This document shows positions 8,407-18,682 of a DNA stretch of 64,000 bases, piece by piece. A model generated the notes under the pieces. The model ran no database searches, was not told where the DNA came from, and saw only the letters and a list, made by a program, of their open reading frames with translations. Source of the DNA: Candidatus Omnitrophota bacterium (GTDB lineage Bacteria > Omnitrophota > Gorgyraeia > Zapsychrales > JAHFFX01); NCBI GenBank assembly GCA_023247725.1, contig JAHFFW010000003.1:64704-128703 (forward strand). Direction: 5' to 3'. The translations under genes were made by a program, and so were the position numbers. Position 1 is the first letter of the stretch. Every line of letters starts with the position of its first letter.

Positions 8407-10211
8407 TGAAAAATCTTTCTAAAACATTCTTTAGCCAGAACCGTCGTGCGGTCGAATTTTTTTTGCTCGCCCTCGGATTGCGCCTGGCCTACTGGCTGAT
8501 TCTCAAATCCTTTTATCTTTTTTATGACTCGCCCAGCGGTGATGCCCTGTATTATCAAAGCTGGGCCCAAGACATTCTCGCCGGTGGCAGACCCGGCGTT
8601 TTTTTTGGTTTGCCTTTATATGCTTATTTTTTAGCGGTCCTCAAGATATTAACGCTCAATAACGGATTTTGGATCCGGCTTTTGCATCTTGTTCTAGGAT
8701 CGGCCAATTGCGTCTTAGTGTATTATCTAGCCCGTCGGGTCTTTAATGAACGCGCTGCAGCCTTAACCGCCATCCTTGTCGCGATCAACTTTAGTCTCAT
8801 CCATTACGACTGGTTGATGATGCCGGTCACCGTCTTAATCAGCCTGTCGCTCATGATCCTCTTATTTTTGGAACGACAGGAATTTGAAAAAAATAAAAGG
8901 CAGTGGTTTTTTTTAGGAATTTTGGTCGGGATCGCCGCACTGGGCGATGGCAAGTTCCTTTTTTTTGCCTTTTTCCTCAGCCTTTATTACTGGAGCAGAT
9001 TTCCTGCCGAGCGTTTTGTTAACTTAAGGTTTATCCTTATTCCCTTTTTATGCGGAATGTGCCTCATCTTGGCTGCGGTTGGCCTGCGCAATCGTCTCGT
9101 GGGTGGAGATTGGGTTTTGATCAGCGCCCAAAGTGGATTGAGTTTTTATATTGGGAATAATCCGGCATCGACAGGAGTTTTTGAGAATCCGGATTTCATC
9201 CGGCCGACGCATGAAGGCCAGGACCTAGACCAAGTCCTGATGGCGCAAAAAGCCTTGAACCGGACCCTCAAACCCAGCGAGGTTTCTTCATTTTATCGTC
9301 GTCAGGGATGGGAATTCATCTGGCAAAATCCTCGCGCTTTTTTCGATCTCTTGCGGAAAAAATTTTTGGCCTTCTGGTGTGAGCATGAAGGCGCCTATGA
9401 CCTGGATCTCTTATTTCAAAGGAGGGCTAAAAATTTTCTGGATTTCAATCCCTATTTTTGCATCGTTCCCCTTGCACTTTTGGGTATCGTTTTCTCGATC
9501 CGAAAGAATTTCCGGACGAGGTTTTCCTTTTTTTTAATTCTGAGTCAGCTGGCGATGACACTGGTTTTCTTCCTAACCCATCGCCACCGGACAACGATCC
9601 TGCCTTTGTTGATCATGTTTGAATCCTGGGGCATCTTTTGGATCTGGGGCAAGATCAAAGAGAAGAACTATTCGCTTCTGGCCTTCGTTGGTGTTTGTCT
9701 ATTGATTCTTTTCGTCAGTTTTCGACCGGTCAGCTTGGATAAAAATTCTATGGACTTCCTCTGGCTTTCGAAGGCGGGAGCCCTTCAAGAAAAGAAAGGG
9801 CGGTTGGATGAAGCCAAGGCCGATTACGTAAAGGCACTTCAAATCAATCCCCATGATCCCAACATCCTCTGTAATCTGGCGAATGTCTTTTTTCAACAAA
9901 AGAATTACAACGAGGCTATTCGTAACTATAAAAAAGCCCTGCAGATCCTGCCCTTTCACTTGGATGCCCTTTATAATCTAGCCTTCACTTACGAGCGTAT
10001 CCAGGATTTTTCCTCTGCCATGGCCTATTTTTATCAGGTCATCACCCTTGATCCGTCGAGTTATGACGCGCATTTCCATCTCGGTCAACTCCATCTAGCC
10101 CAAGGCCAATGCGAGAACGCCCTCTATCACTTCCACGAAACCCTTCGCTTGAAACCTATCCTGAAAAAAGAAATTGAACCCTTACTAAGCTCCTGCCTCA
10201 ATAATCCTTAA
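8406..10211 (+). CDS. Polytopic GT-C-like (ArnT/PMT-type) membrane glycosyltransferase with C-terminal TPRs
   Basis: Many TM segments, DALYYQSWA, FYIGNNP; TPRs (YVKALQINPHDP, YKKALQILP, YQVITLDP). Confidence 0.65.
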   Translation: MKNLSKTFFSQNRRAVEFFLLALGLRLAYWLILKSFYLFYDSPSGDALYYQSWAQDILAGGRPGVFFGLPLYAYFLAVLKILTLNNGFWIRLLHLVLGSANCVLVYYLARRVFNERAAALTAILVAINFSLIHYDWLMMPVTVLISLSLMILLFLERQEFEKNKRQWFFLGILVGIAALGDGKFLFFAFFLSLYYWSRFPAERFVNLRFILIPFLCGMCLILAAVGLRNRLVGGDWVLISAQSGLSFYIGNNPASTGVFENPDFIRPTHEGQDLDQVLMAQKALNRTLKPSEVSSFYRRQGWEFIWQNPRAFFDLLRKKFLAFWCEHEGAYDLDLLFQRRAKNFLDFNPYFCIVPLALLGIVFSIRKNFRTRFSFFLILSQLAMTLVFFLTHRHRTTILPLLIMFESWGIFWIWGKIKEKNYSLLAFVGVCLLILFVSFRPVSLDKNSMDFLWLSKAGALQEKKGRLDEAKADYVKALQINPHDPNILCNLANVFFQQKNYNEAIRNYKKALQILPFHLDALYNLAFTYERIQDFSSAMAYFYQVITLDPSSYDAHFHLGQLHLAQGQCENALYHFHETLRLKPILKKEIEPLLSSCLNNP

Positions 10212-10302
10212 CTAGAATATTTACTAAAATATTTTTCTAAAGATTCCAGCGGCACTTATTTTCTAAAACAAGCGGGCGAATGACACAAACCGGCCGAATG
10301 GA

Positions 10303-10331
10303 TTGACAACCATGGCCTTCTCTTTTATAAT
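10303..10331 (+). promoter_or_regulatory. sigma70 promoter of recA
   Basis: Perfect TTGACA-17 bp-TATAAT. Confidence 0.8.
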
Positions 10332-10370
10332 AGCCCTCTCCCATGACAACCGTGAAAGGAGAATGAAACC

Positions 10371-11417
10371 ATGGTAGAATCCAAAAAGTTGGCCGAGAAA
10401 GAAAAAACCCTTCCCGAAACGAGTGTTAGCAATAATAAACAAAAGGCCCTGGAACTGGCCCTGTCCCAGATTGAAAAACAATTTGGCAAGGGTTCCATCA
10501 TGAAACTCGACGGGGCAACGCATCTGGATGTCCCGGCGATTCCGACTGGTTCGCTCAGTCTGGATGCTGCCTTAGGGATCGGCGGTTTCCCGCGCGGACG
10601 AATCGTCGAGGTTTATGGTCAGGAATCTTCGGGAAAGACCACTCTGACGTTAAGCGTGATTAGCCAAGTGCAAAAACAGGGAGGGGTGGCGGCCTTTATT
10701 GATGCCGAACATGCCTTTGATTCCAACTATGCGAAAAGAGTCGGCGTCAAATTGGAAGACCTTTTGATTTCACAGCCCGATACCGGCGAGCAGGCGTTGG
10801 AAATTACCGAAACCCTGGTGCGTTCCAATGCCGTCGATCTGATCGTGGTGGATTCCGTCGCCGCCCTGACTCCCCGGGCCGAAATCGAGGGGGAGATGGG
10901 CGATGCTCACATGGGTCTTCAAGCCCGGCTTATGTCGCAAGCCTTGCGCAAATTGACCGGAGCCATCAGCAAATCCAAAACCTGTGTGGTCTTCATCAAC
11001 CAAATCCGGATGAGGATCGGCGTCATGTTTGGCAATCCCGAAACGACGACGGGCGGACGCGCTTTGAAATTCTACGCCTCGGCCCGCATTGAATTGCGAA
11101 AAATCGAATCGCTCAAAGTCGGTGAAGAGATCGTCGGCAACCGGGTCCGGGCGAAGGTAGTCAAAAACAAAGTGGCGCCGCCATTCAAAGACGCCGAATT
11201 TGAAATCCTCTTCAGCGAAGGAATTTCCCGGATCAGCGACATTCTGGATTTAGGATCCCAGACCGAGGTCATCGCCAAAAGCGGTTCTTGGCTTTCGTTT
11301 GAAAATGAAAAGATTGGACAAGGCCGGGAAAGCGCCCGCAAATTTCTGCAGGAAAACCCCAAAACCCTTTCCCGGATCGAAAAACAAATCCTGGATAAAT
11401 TGAATATCAAACGCTGA
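10371..11417 (+). CDS. recA: Recombinase A
   Basis: [39 protein letters not shown]. Confidence 0.98.
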   Translation: MVESKKLAEKEKTLPETSVSNNKQKALELALSQIEKQFGKGSIMKLDGATHLDVPAIPTGSLSLDAALGIGGFPRGRIVEVYGQESSGKTTLTLSVISQVQKQGGVAAFIDAEHAFDSNYAKRVGVKLEDLLISQPDTGEQALEITETLVRSNAVDLIVVDSVAALTPRAEIEGEMGDAHMGLQARLMSQALRKLTGAISKSKTCVVFINQIRMRIGVMFGNPETTTGGRALKFYASARIELRKIESLKVGEEIVGNRVRAKVVKNKVAPPFKDAEFEILFSEGISRISDILDLGSQTEVIAKSGSWLSFENEKIGQGRESARKFLQENPKTLSRIEKQILDKLNIKR

Positions 11418-11446
11418 CGTTCCATCATTAGCGTTAAAAGGACCAT

Positions 11447-12934
11447 ATGAAACCGAAGTTCCAGCCTCGATCGCTGATCGGCCGGATCACGGTCGTTGCC
11501 TTGCTTGCGTTGTGCCTCTCCCGCCAACTGTTAGCGGCAGCTCCTAAGACGGAGACCAAAACACTCAACCCGCAGGATTTTACCAATGCCGTAGTGAATG
11601 TGGCTGCCTCCGTCGGGCCTGCCGTCGTTTCCATTCAAGCGGAAAAAGTCGAACGGGTTCAGCCGTACTCGCCATTTTCTGGCAGTCCCTTTGAAGACGA
11701 AATGCTCAACCGTTTCTTCTCGGACTTTTTTGGCGAGCCACCGATGCGCGAATTGCACCGTTCTTCGCTGGGCTCGGGCGTCATTATCGATGAAAAAGGT
11801 TATATCCTCACCAATGATCATGTGGTGCGTGACACCGACAAGATCACGGTGACGTTAGCCGATGGACGGGAATTTGTCGGGACGGTCAAGGGAACCGATC
11901 CCCGCTCGGATTTGGCCGTCGTCAAAATTGATGCGCCGGATTTGCCGTATGTTCACCTCGGAGATTCGGATGCCCTGCAGATCGGGCAGTGGGTGGTTGC
12001 CATTGGCTATCCTTTTGGTTTTCTTTTGCCCAACACCGAACCCGCCGTGACCGCCGGAGTCATTAGCGCCTTGCATCGTTCGCTTCCCCGAACCGAGCGC
12101 CGCGATACCGACTACACGGATTTGATTCAAACCGACGCGGCGATTAATCCAGGCAATTCCGGCGGGCCGCTGGTGAATTTGAATGGAGAAATCATTGGGA
12201 TCAATGTCGCGATCTTCTCCACCTCGGGAGGATATCAGGGAATTGGTTTTACAATTCCCTCCAATGCGGCCCGACGCATCGTTGCGCGATTGATTGAAGG
12301 TAAATCCGTGGATTACGGCTGGATCGGCGTGAGCGTTCAGGACATTGACAGCCGGCTGGCAGAATATTTTAATCTCCCCAACGCCGAGGGAGTTCTGGTC
12401 AATAAAATTTTGGAAGGGGGCCCAGCGAGCCGCGCCGGCATTAAGGAAGGCGATATCATTATAACCTTTAACGGCAAGCCAACCAAAAATACAGTGACCC
12501 TCATCAAAATGATCGGCAATACCCCGGTTGATGAACAGGTCAAGATGAAGATCTGGCGGGATAAGAAATCTCAGGAGGTCGACGTCAAAATTGCCAAGCG
12601 TCCGGCCTTCGATGCGCAAGGACAGATCATCCTTCCGGACAATGAACAATCCGACCAAAATAAAGCCACCATCCATTGGCGAGGCCTGACCGTGCGGGAT
12701 ATTCCCGCCTCGATCAAAAACCGAATCCTTTCTCCCAACGTCGATGGGGTCATTGTGACCGACGTGGAAAACAAATCTCCCGCGCAGCTGGCCGGTTTAA
12801 AAAAAGGCGATGTCATCATCAGTGTGAATCAACGGCCAATCAGTAATTTGAAAGAATTGGATGCCGTTTTATCCAAGGCCAAAGGTGATTGTTTACTCCG
12901 GACGGTTCGCGGGTTCTTTGTCGTCAAAGAATAA
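11447..12934 (+). CDS. degP: Periplasmic HtrA/DegP-DegQ serine protease with 2 PDZ domains
   Basis: Signal peptide; LTNDHVV, SDLAVVKI, QTDAAINPGNSGGPL; two PDZ domains. Confidence 0.9.
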   Translation: MKPKFQPRSLIGRITVVALLALCLSRQLLAAAPKTETKTLNPQDFTNAVVNVAASVGPAVVSIQAEKVERVQPYSPFSGSPFEDEMLNRFFSDFFGEPPMRELHRSSLGSGVIIDEKGYILTNDHVVRDTDKITVTLADGREFVGTVKGTDPRSDLAVVKIDAPDLPYVHLGDSDALQIGQWVVAIGYPFGFLLPNTEPAVTAGVISALHRSLPRTERRDTDYTDLIQTDAAINPGNSGGPLVNLNGEIIGINVAIFSTSGGYQGIGFTIPSNAARRIVARLIEGKSVDYGWIGVSVQDIDSRLAEYFNLPNAEGVLVNKILEGGPASRAGIKEGDIIITFNGKPTKNTVTLIKMIGNTPVDEQVKMKIWRDKKSQEVDVKIAKRPAFDAQGQIILPDNEQSDQNKATIHWRGLTVRDIPASIKNRILSPNVDGVIVTDVENKSPAQLAGLKKGDVIISVNQRPISNLKELDAVLSKAKGDCLLRTVRGFFVVKE

Positions 12935-12939
12935 GTACC

Positions 12940-13413
12940 ATGCCTAAGGGTCAAGCGGATACTCCGGATTTGCAAAAAGCCAAATCCTTTGCCTTCCGGC
13001 TTTTGAAAATACGCCAGCGCAGCGAACGTGAACTCATTGATCGACTGCAACGAAAAAAGATTCCTCAGGAAACCATCGACAGAACCCTGCAGTACCTGCG
13101 GAACTATCAATTCGTTGGTGATAGAGAATTTACGAAATGGTGGGTCCGCTCCCGCCTGAATAAACCCTTTGGCTTAAAACGCATCCGCGAGGAATTGAAA
13201 GATAAAGGAATCGCCGAAGAACTCATCCGCAGCGAATTGTCTTGTATCCAGCCGGAGCTCGATGAATCGCAGATGATCGGGCATTTGTTGGCGAAGCGTC
13301 TGAATCGTTATCGTGGACTTGACCCGATCAAACGCAAACGGCGGATTTTTGAATTTTTATGCCGGCGAGGGTTTTCCTTAGAGGCGGTTGAGCAAGCCAT
13401 CAAAAATTTATGA
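12940..13413 (+). CDS. recX: RecA regulator RecX
   Basis: RQRSERELIDRL, GLKRIREELKDKGI, FLCRRGFS; recA...recX-alaS synteny. Confidence 0.85.
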   Translation: MPKGQADTPDLQKAKSFAFRLLKIRQRSERELIDRLQRKKIPQETIDRTLQYLRNYQFVGDREFTKWWVRSRLNKPFGLKRIREELKDKGIAEELIRSELSCIQPELDESQMIGHLLAKRLNRYRGLDPIKRKRRIFEFLCRRGFSLEAVEQAIKNL

Positions 13414-16076
13414 ACACCAACCAAATTCGGGAAGAGTTCTTAAGCTTTTTTAAAAGCAAAGGGCATACCATCATCGCCAGCGATTCGGTCGTTCCCAAAG
13501 ACGACCCGACGGTTCTTTTTACGACCGCCGGCATGCAGCAGTTCAAGCAGCAATTCCTCGGCCATATCGAAGGGTATACCCGCGCAGCGTCGGTGCAAAA
13601 ATGTTTGCGAACCGATGATCTGGACAAAGTGGGCAAAACCCCGGTTCACCACACGTTCTTTGAAATGTTAGGCAACTTTTCTTTCGGCGATTATTTTAAA
13701 AAACAAGCCATTGCCTGGGCCTGGGAATTTCTCACGCAGGCCTTGCACATCCAGGCAGAAAGGTTGTGGGTTTCCGTCTATCAAGAAGATCAAGAAGCCG
13801 AACAGATTTGGCTTTCGGACATTCACTTGCCATCGCACAAATTGATGAAGTTCGGTGATAAGGACAATTTTTGGCCGGCCGAGGCCAAAGAAAAAGGACC
13901 CAATGGTCCCTGCGGCCCGTGTTCCGAAATTTTCTTTGACTACGGCGTTAATCCGGCTTGTCCGGCCAAAGACCGCTGTGATCCTTCCTGTCCCTGCGGT
14001 CGTTTTTCCGAAATTTGGAATCTTGTCTTTACGCAATTCAACCGTAAGGAGGGAGGGATTCTCGAACCGCTTCCCGGAAAAAACATTGACACGGGCATGG
14101 GGCTGGAACGACTCTCGGCGGTCATTCAAGGTAAAAAGAGCAATTATGAAACCGATTTATTTCTCCCCATTCTATCCGAGATCAAAAAAATCCCCGTCAA
14201 GCTGAACGACATCGATCAAAGGGTGATCGCCGATCATATCCGCGCGATTGTCTTTGCCATTCATGACGGGGTTATTCCTACGAACGAAGGCCGCGGATAC
14301 GTCATTAAAAAGCTCATTGTGGACTCTGCCGATATCTTTCTGCGTCAGGATTACGACGAACCAGCCCTTTACCGCCTGGTTCAAAGTGTCGTCGACACGA
14401 TGAGTCATCCGTATCCAGAACTCACTAAAAATACGGCAATGATCGCCAATATCATCAAGAAAACCGAGGAATCTTATCTTGCCGTGATTAAAGAAAAGGT
14501 TCCTCAACTAGAGGCCAGGATCGAGGTCATCAAGCACTCCAAAGGCCTCTCCCAAACCGATCAATCGATCCGTTTGGGCAACCTTGCCTTTGAATACCAC
14601 GACACTCATGGCTTGAGCCTTTCGCGCATTGAGCGGATCCTGACGATCCAGGGAATTCCTAAGGATATGCAAAAAGATGCGATTCACCGTTACCAGCAGT
14701 TAATGGAAGAACAAAAGACGCGTTCCCGGCAAATGAGCAAAATGACGGGTGATGTATTTGCCGACACCGTCTTTGATTTCAATGTTCCTAAAACGCAGTT
14801 CGTCGGATACGATTCATTCTCTTCCACGAGCAAGATTTTGAAAATGTTCCAAGGGTCCGAAGAAGCTGAATCGATCCAGCCGGGACAAGAAACAAAGATC
14901 ATTTTGGACCAGACGCCTTTTTATGCCGAGGCCGGTGGCCAGGTCGGCGATACGGGTTCCATCATCAAGGAGGACGCGGTTTTTAAAGTGATGGATACCC
15001 AAAAAATTGGTGACATCTATGTGCACACGGGTAAAGTCGAACTGGGAAGTTTTGAGCTTGATGATATGGTCCAGACTCATATCGATGAAGAACGCCGTAT
15101 TAACATCATGCGCAATCATACGGCCACGCATTTATTGCAGGCCGCCTTGCGGCAGGTCCTCGGTCATCATGTCCAGCAGCAGGGATCGTTGGTCGCAGAG
15201 GACCGCCTAAGATTTGACTTTACTCATCCCCAGGCTGTCAATAAAGATGAACTGCAGCAAATCGAATCCCTCATCAACCATCAGATTATGGCGAGCGATC
15301 CCGTCGATAAAAAAAGCATGGGATTGCGAGAGGCGAAGGAAAAAGGCGCCATGGCCTTTTTTGCCGAAAAATATAAGGATATTGTAAGGGTGGTCTTAAT
15401 TGGCAACTATTCCAAGGAACTCTGCGGCGGGACGCATTTACGAACAACCGGTCAGATTGGTCTTTTTAAAATCATCGGCGAAAATTCCGTCGCGCAGGGC
15501 ATCCGCCGCATTGAAGCCTTGACGGGAACCGCGGCGCTGGAATATTCCCGGCAGAAAGAATTGCAATTGGAAGAAATCTCCCATACGATCAAGGCTCCGG
15601 TCTCAGAAGTGGTGAGCCGAGTGATCAACCAGGCCAAACGACTCAAGCATCTGGAAAAACAATTGGAAATGGTTCGTTTGGAAAAGATTCGCAACTCCCT
15701 CGATGAATTGATCAAAAAGGCAGAGACGGTCGATCACACTCAAGTCATCAGTCTGGCTTTTACGGATACCGACGCCAATGTTCTGCGGCAGGTGGCGGAT
15801 CTCATTCGGCAGAAAGTGGCCTCGGGCGTGATCTGCCTCGGGGGACAGTATGAAGATACCGCGCACCTCATCATCGGCGTATCGAAAGATCTGACCCAGC
15901 GCGGGATCAAGGCCAATGAACTGATGAAACGCATCGCACCCTTGATTGGCGGAACAGGCGGCGGCCGGCCGGAAATGGCACAGGCGGGCAGCAAAGAACC
16001 GGATAAACTCTTCGCGGCGATTTCTCTAGCGAAAGAAATTATCAAACGAAATTTGCAAGGCCATGAAAGTTCTTAA
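13410..16076 (+). CDS. alaS: Alanine--tRNA ligase
   Basis: HHTFFEMLGNFSFGDYFK, IDTGMGLER, NHTATHLL, ELCGGTH, GGGRPEMAQAG. Confidence 0.98.
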   Translation: MNTNQIREEFLSFFKSKGHTIIASDSVVPKDDPTVLFTTAGMQQFKQQFLGHIEGYTRAASVQKCLRTDDLDKVGKTPVHHTFFEMLGNFSFGDYFKKQAIAWAWEFLTQALHIQAERLWVSVYQEDQEAEQIWLSDIHLPSHKLMKFGDKDNFWPAEAKEKGPNGPCGPCSEIFFDYGVNPACPAKDRCDPSCPCGRFSEIWNLVFTQFNRKEGGILEPLPGKNIDTGMGLERLSAVIQGKKSNYETDLFLPILSEIKKIPVKLNDIDQRVIADHIRAIVFAIHDGVIPTNEGRGYVIKKLIVDSADIFLRQDYDEPALYRLVQSVVDTMSHPYPELTKNTAMIANIIKKTEESYLAVIKEKVPQLEARIEVIKHSKGLSQTDQSIRLGNLAFEYHDTHGLSLSRIERILTIQGIPKDMQKDAIHRYQQLMEEQKTRSRQMSKMTGDVFADTVFDFNVPKTQFVGYDSFSSTSKILKMFQGSEEAESIQPGQETKIILDQTPFYAEAGGQVGDTGSIIKEDAVFKVMDTQKIGDIYVHTGKVELGSFELDDMVQTHIDEERRINIMRNHTATHLLQAALRQVLGHHVQQQGSLVAEDRLRFDFTHPQAVNKDELQQIESLINHQIMASDPVDKKSMGLREAKEKGAMAFFAEKYKDIVRVVLIGNYSKELCGGTHLRTTGQIGLFKIIGENSVAQGIRRIEALTGTAALEYSRQKELQLEEISHTIKAPVSEVVSRVINQAKRLKHLEKQLEMVRLEKIRNSLDELIKKAETVDHTQVISLAFTDTDANVLRQVADLIRQKVASGVICLGGQYEDTAHLIIGVSKDLTQRGIKANELMKRIAPLIGGTGGGRPEMAQAGSKEPDKLFAAISLAKEIIKRNLQGHESS

Positions 16077-17295
16077 ACAAAACGGCAAGGGCATTGAAAA
16101 AATCTTTAACCGGAATCTTCTTTTCCGCAAAAAGCACATTGAAGAAAAGGTCCGCAAGATCGTCGCCGAGGTCCAACTCAATGGCGATGAAGCCCTTCTT
16201 AAGTTCACCCGGAAGTTTGATCAATGCAAATTGCTAGCGAAACACATCCGGGCGGATGAAAGCGAAATCAGCGGCGCCTTCCAGAATATCACCAGTGATT
16301 TTATTGCAGCTTTGAAACTCATCATTAATAATGTGGAAGTCTTTTACAAGAAGCAGCTCAAAAAACCGGCCCGGGTCAAGGACCACGAGGGAATCGTCCT
16401 CAAAGAAAATATTCTCCCATTGGAATCCGTTGGAATTTATATCCCGGCGGGAACCGCGCCCTTGGTTTCATCGGTCTATATGACCGTCATTCCGGCAAAG
16501 GTGGCCGGCGTCAAACGGATCGCCATTGCCACTCCACCGAATCGAGAAGGGCATATCCATCCTTACATTCTGGCGGTTGCGAATCTTCTGAAGGTCAATG
16601 AAATTTACAAAATCGGCGGGGCGCAGGCGGTCGCGGCATTGGCGATGGGAACCAAGAGCATTCCCAAAGTCGATAAGATCATCGGCCCCGGCAACATGTA
16701 TGTCACCGAGGCCAAGCGCCAGTTGTTCGGCTATGTGGACATCGACATGCTGGCCGGTCCGACGGAGCTTGTGGTCATTGCCAATCGCTTCAGTGATCCG
16801 GATTACATCATTGCGGATCTGGAGGCCCAGATGGAACACATTGGTGGACTCTCGATCCTGATCACGCCGTCCAAGCAGTTGATTCGACAAATCCGCAAAC
16901 GCGCCACCTCGGGTTATTGTATTCCAGTCAAAAATATGGATGAGGCGGTGGAGGTGGCCAATCGCATTGCCCCCGAACATTTGCAAATCCTGACGAATAA
17001 CCCCTTAAGCATCGCCAAAAAGATTCATAATGCCGCGGCGATTTTCTTGGGACCCTATAGTCCGACGGCGGTGGGGGACTATGTCGCCGGACCGAGCCAC
17101 GTATTGCCGACGCTGGGCACCGCGCGATTTTTCTCTGGCCTATGCCTTTCGGATTTTATGAAGACCAGCCATGTGATTTCGTATTCCCGCAAGGCCCTGG
17201 AACGCATTCGCGAACCTCTGGATAAAATCGCAACGATCGAAGGTCTTCCGAAACATTCGGCCTCGATCAAGATCCGGTTTAATGGAAAGGAATAA
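16063..17295 (+). CDS. hisD: Histidinol dehydrogenase
   Basis: GIYIPAG, IGPGNMYVTEAK, AQMEH, APEHL, GDYVAGPSHVLPT. Confidence 0.95.
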   Translation: MKVLKQNGKGIEKIFNRNLLFRKKHIEEKVRKIVAEVQLNGDEALLKFTRKFDQCKLLAKHIRADESEISGAFQNITSDFIAALKLIINNVEVFYKKQLKKPARVKDHEGIVLKENILPLESVGIYIPAGTAPLVSSVYMTVIPAKVAGVKRIAIATPPNREGHIHPYILAVANLLKVNEIYKIGGAQAVAALAMGTKSIPKVDKIIGPGNMYVTEAKRQLFGYVDIDMLAGPTELVVIANRFSDPDYIIADLEAQMEHIGGLSILITPSKQLIRQIRKRATSGYCIPVKNMDEAVEVANRIAPEHLQILTNNPLSIAKKIHNAAAIFLGPYSPTAVGDYVAGPSHVLPTLGTARFFSGLCLSDFMKTSHVISYSRKALERIREPLDKIATIEGLPKHSASIKIRFNGKE

Positions 17296-17297
17296 TC

Positions 17298-17915
17298 ATG
17301 CCGCCATCACCCCGTCGAGCTTCTTTTGAGCGCAAAAGTTCCGAGACCGTCATCAAAGTCAGTTTGAACTTGGACGGTCGGGGCAAAACCAAAATCAAGA
17401 CGCCGATCGGACTTTTGTCGCACATGCTCGACTTATTCTGTTTCCATGGATTTTTTGATCTGTCCCTCGAGGTAAAAGGCGATACTCATATCGATATCCA
17501 CCACACCAATGAAGATATCGGGATTGTTTTGGGAAAGGCCTTTAAAGAAGCGCTCAAGGATAAAAAGGGCATTCGCCGTTTTGGTTGGGCCTTTACGCCG
17601 ATGGAGAATACTCTTGGCCAGACTGTTATTGATATCAGCGGGCGGGGTCATTGCACAATGAACTTTGATGGTCCTTCCCAAGGTTCCAACAAGGAAGAGG
17701 GATATACATTTCAAGATCTAGAACATTTTTTGGATTCCTTCGCGAAAAGTTTGGGGGCGAATTTGATCGTTACCATTAAAGATCCTAAAAGCACGGCAGA
17801 TTTACATACCGTTCTCGAAACTGTTTTCAAATCTTTAGGTATGGCACTCGATCAGGCGACTGCGATCGATCCAAGACGTAAAGGGATTCCCTCGACGAAG
17901 GGGATTATTGATTAG
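17298..17915 (+). CDS. hisB: Imidazoleglycerol-phosphate dehydratase (divergent second metal motif)
   Basis: LSHMLD, DIHHTNEDIG, DISGR, IPSTKG; position in his operon. Confidence 0.88.
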   Translation: MPPSPRRASFERKSSETVIKVSLNLDGRGKTKIKTPIGLLSHMLDLFCFHGFFDLSLEVKGDTHIDIHHTNEDIGIVLGKAFKEALKDKKGIRRFGWAFTPMENTLGQTVIDISGRGHCTMNFDGPSQGSNKEEGYTFQDLEHFLDSFAKSLGANLIVTIKDPKSTADLHTVLETVFKSLGMALDQATAIDPRRKGIPSTKGIID

Positions 17916-17921
17916 GATAAA

Positions 17922-18065
17922 CGTAGGACGTGGGAAGTCCGTTCCCCCGCCGACTGTCTGACGACAGTCAGACGGCGGAGTCACTGGGACGTGGGATGTC
18001 AATATTTCACGTCCTACGTCCCAGAGAATCCGCGAAGCGGATGAGCGGACGTCCAACGTCCTACG
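17922..18065. repeat. Multi-hairpin intergenic element built from ACGT(A/G)GG heptamers
   Basis: Terminal IR 17922-17944/18043-18065 (20/23); internal hairpins 17947-17978, 17984-18024, 18028-18042. Confidence 0.7.
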
Positions 18066-18079
18066 GTTAAAGGACAAAT

Positions 18080-18682
18080 ATGATCGCCATCATCGACTAC
18101 GGCATGGGAAATCTGCGCAGCGTGCAAAAGGCCTTTGAACGAGTGGGTGCCGCCGCTTTAGTCACGCAAAATCCGGATGATATCGCCCAGGCCGATCAAG
18201 TGGTTTTACCCGGTGTGGGGGCGATGCAACCGGCCATGGAACGGCTCGATGAATTGGGATTAATTCCCGTCGTCCGCGAGTCGATTTCGGTTGGCAAGCC
18301 ATTTTTAGGAATTTGCCTCGGATTGCAACTTTTGTTTGAAACGAGTTCCGAAGGCGGCCAGGTCCAAGGCTTAGGAATTTTACCCGGAACCGTGGAGCGC
18401 TTTCATGCACTCAAGGTGCCGCACATGGGATGGAACCAAATTTCGTTCCGCGACCACAGCCCGCTCCTCGCTGGGTTAAAGGACGGCAGTTACCTTTATT
18501 TTTGTCATTCGTATTTTGTTCGCCCCAAAGATGAATCAGTGATCTGTGCCACCACGGATTATGGAATTGGATTTGTTTGTGCGATTCATTGGAATAATAT
18601 TTTCGGCGTGCAATTTCATCCGGAAAAAAGCCAAGATCTGGGTTTAGGCATCCTTAAAAATTTCACCGAGGTCAGGGCATGA
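18080..18682 (+). CDS. hisH: Imidazole glycerol phosphate synthase glutaminase subunit
   Basis: IIDYGMGNLRSV, LGICLGLQ, VPHMGWN, QFHPEKS. Confidence 0.97.
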   Translation: MIAIIDYGMGNLRSVQKAFERVGAAALVTQNPDDIAQADQVVLPGVGAMQPAMERLDELGLIPVVRESISVGKPFLGICLGLQLLFETSSEGGQVQGLGILPGTVERFHALKVPHMGWNQISFRDHSPLLAGLKDGSYLYFCHSYFVRPKDESVICATTDYGIGFVCAIHWNNIFGVQFHPEKSQDLGLGILKNFTEVRA

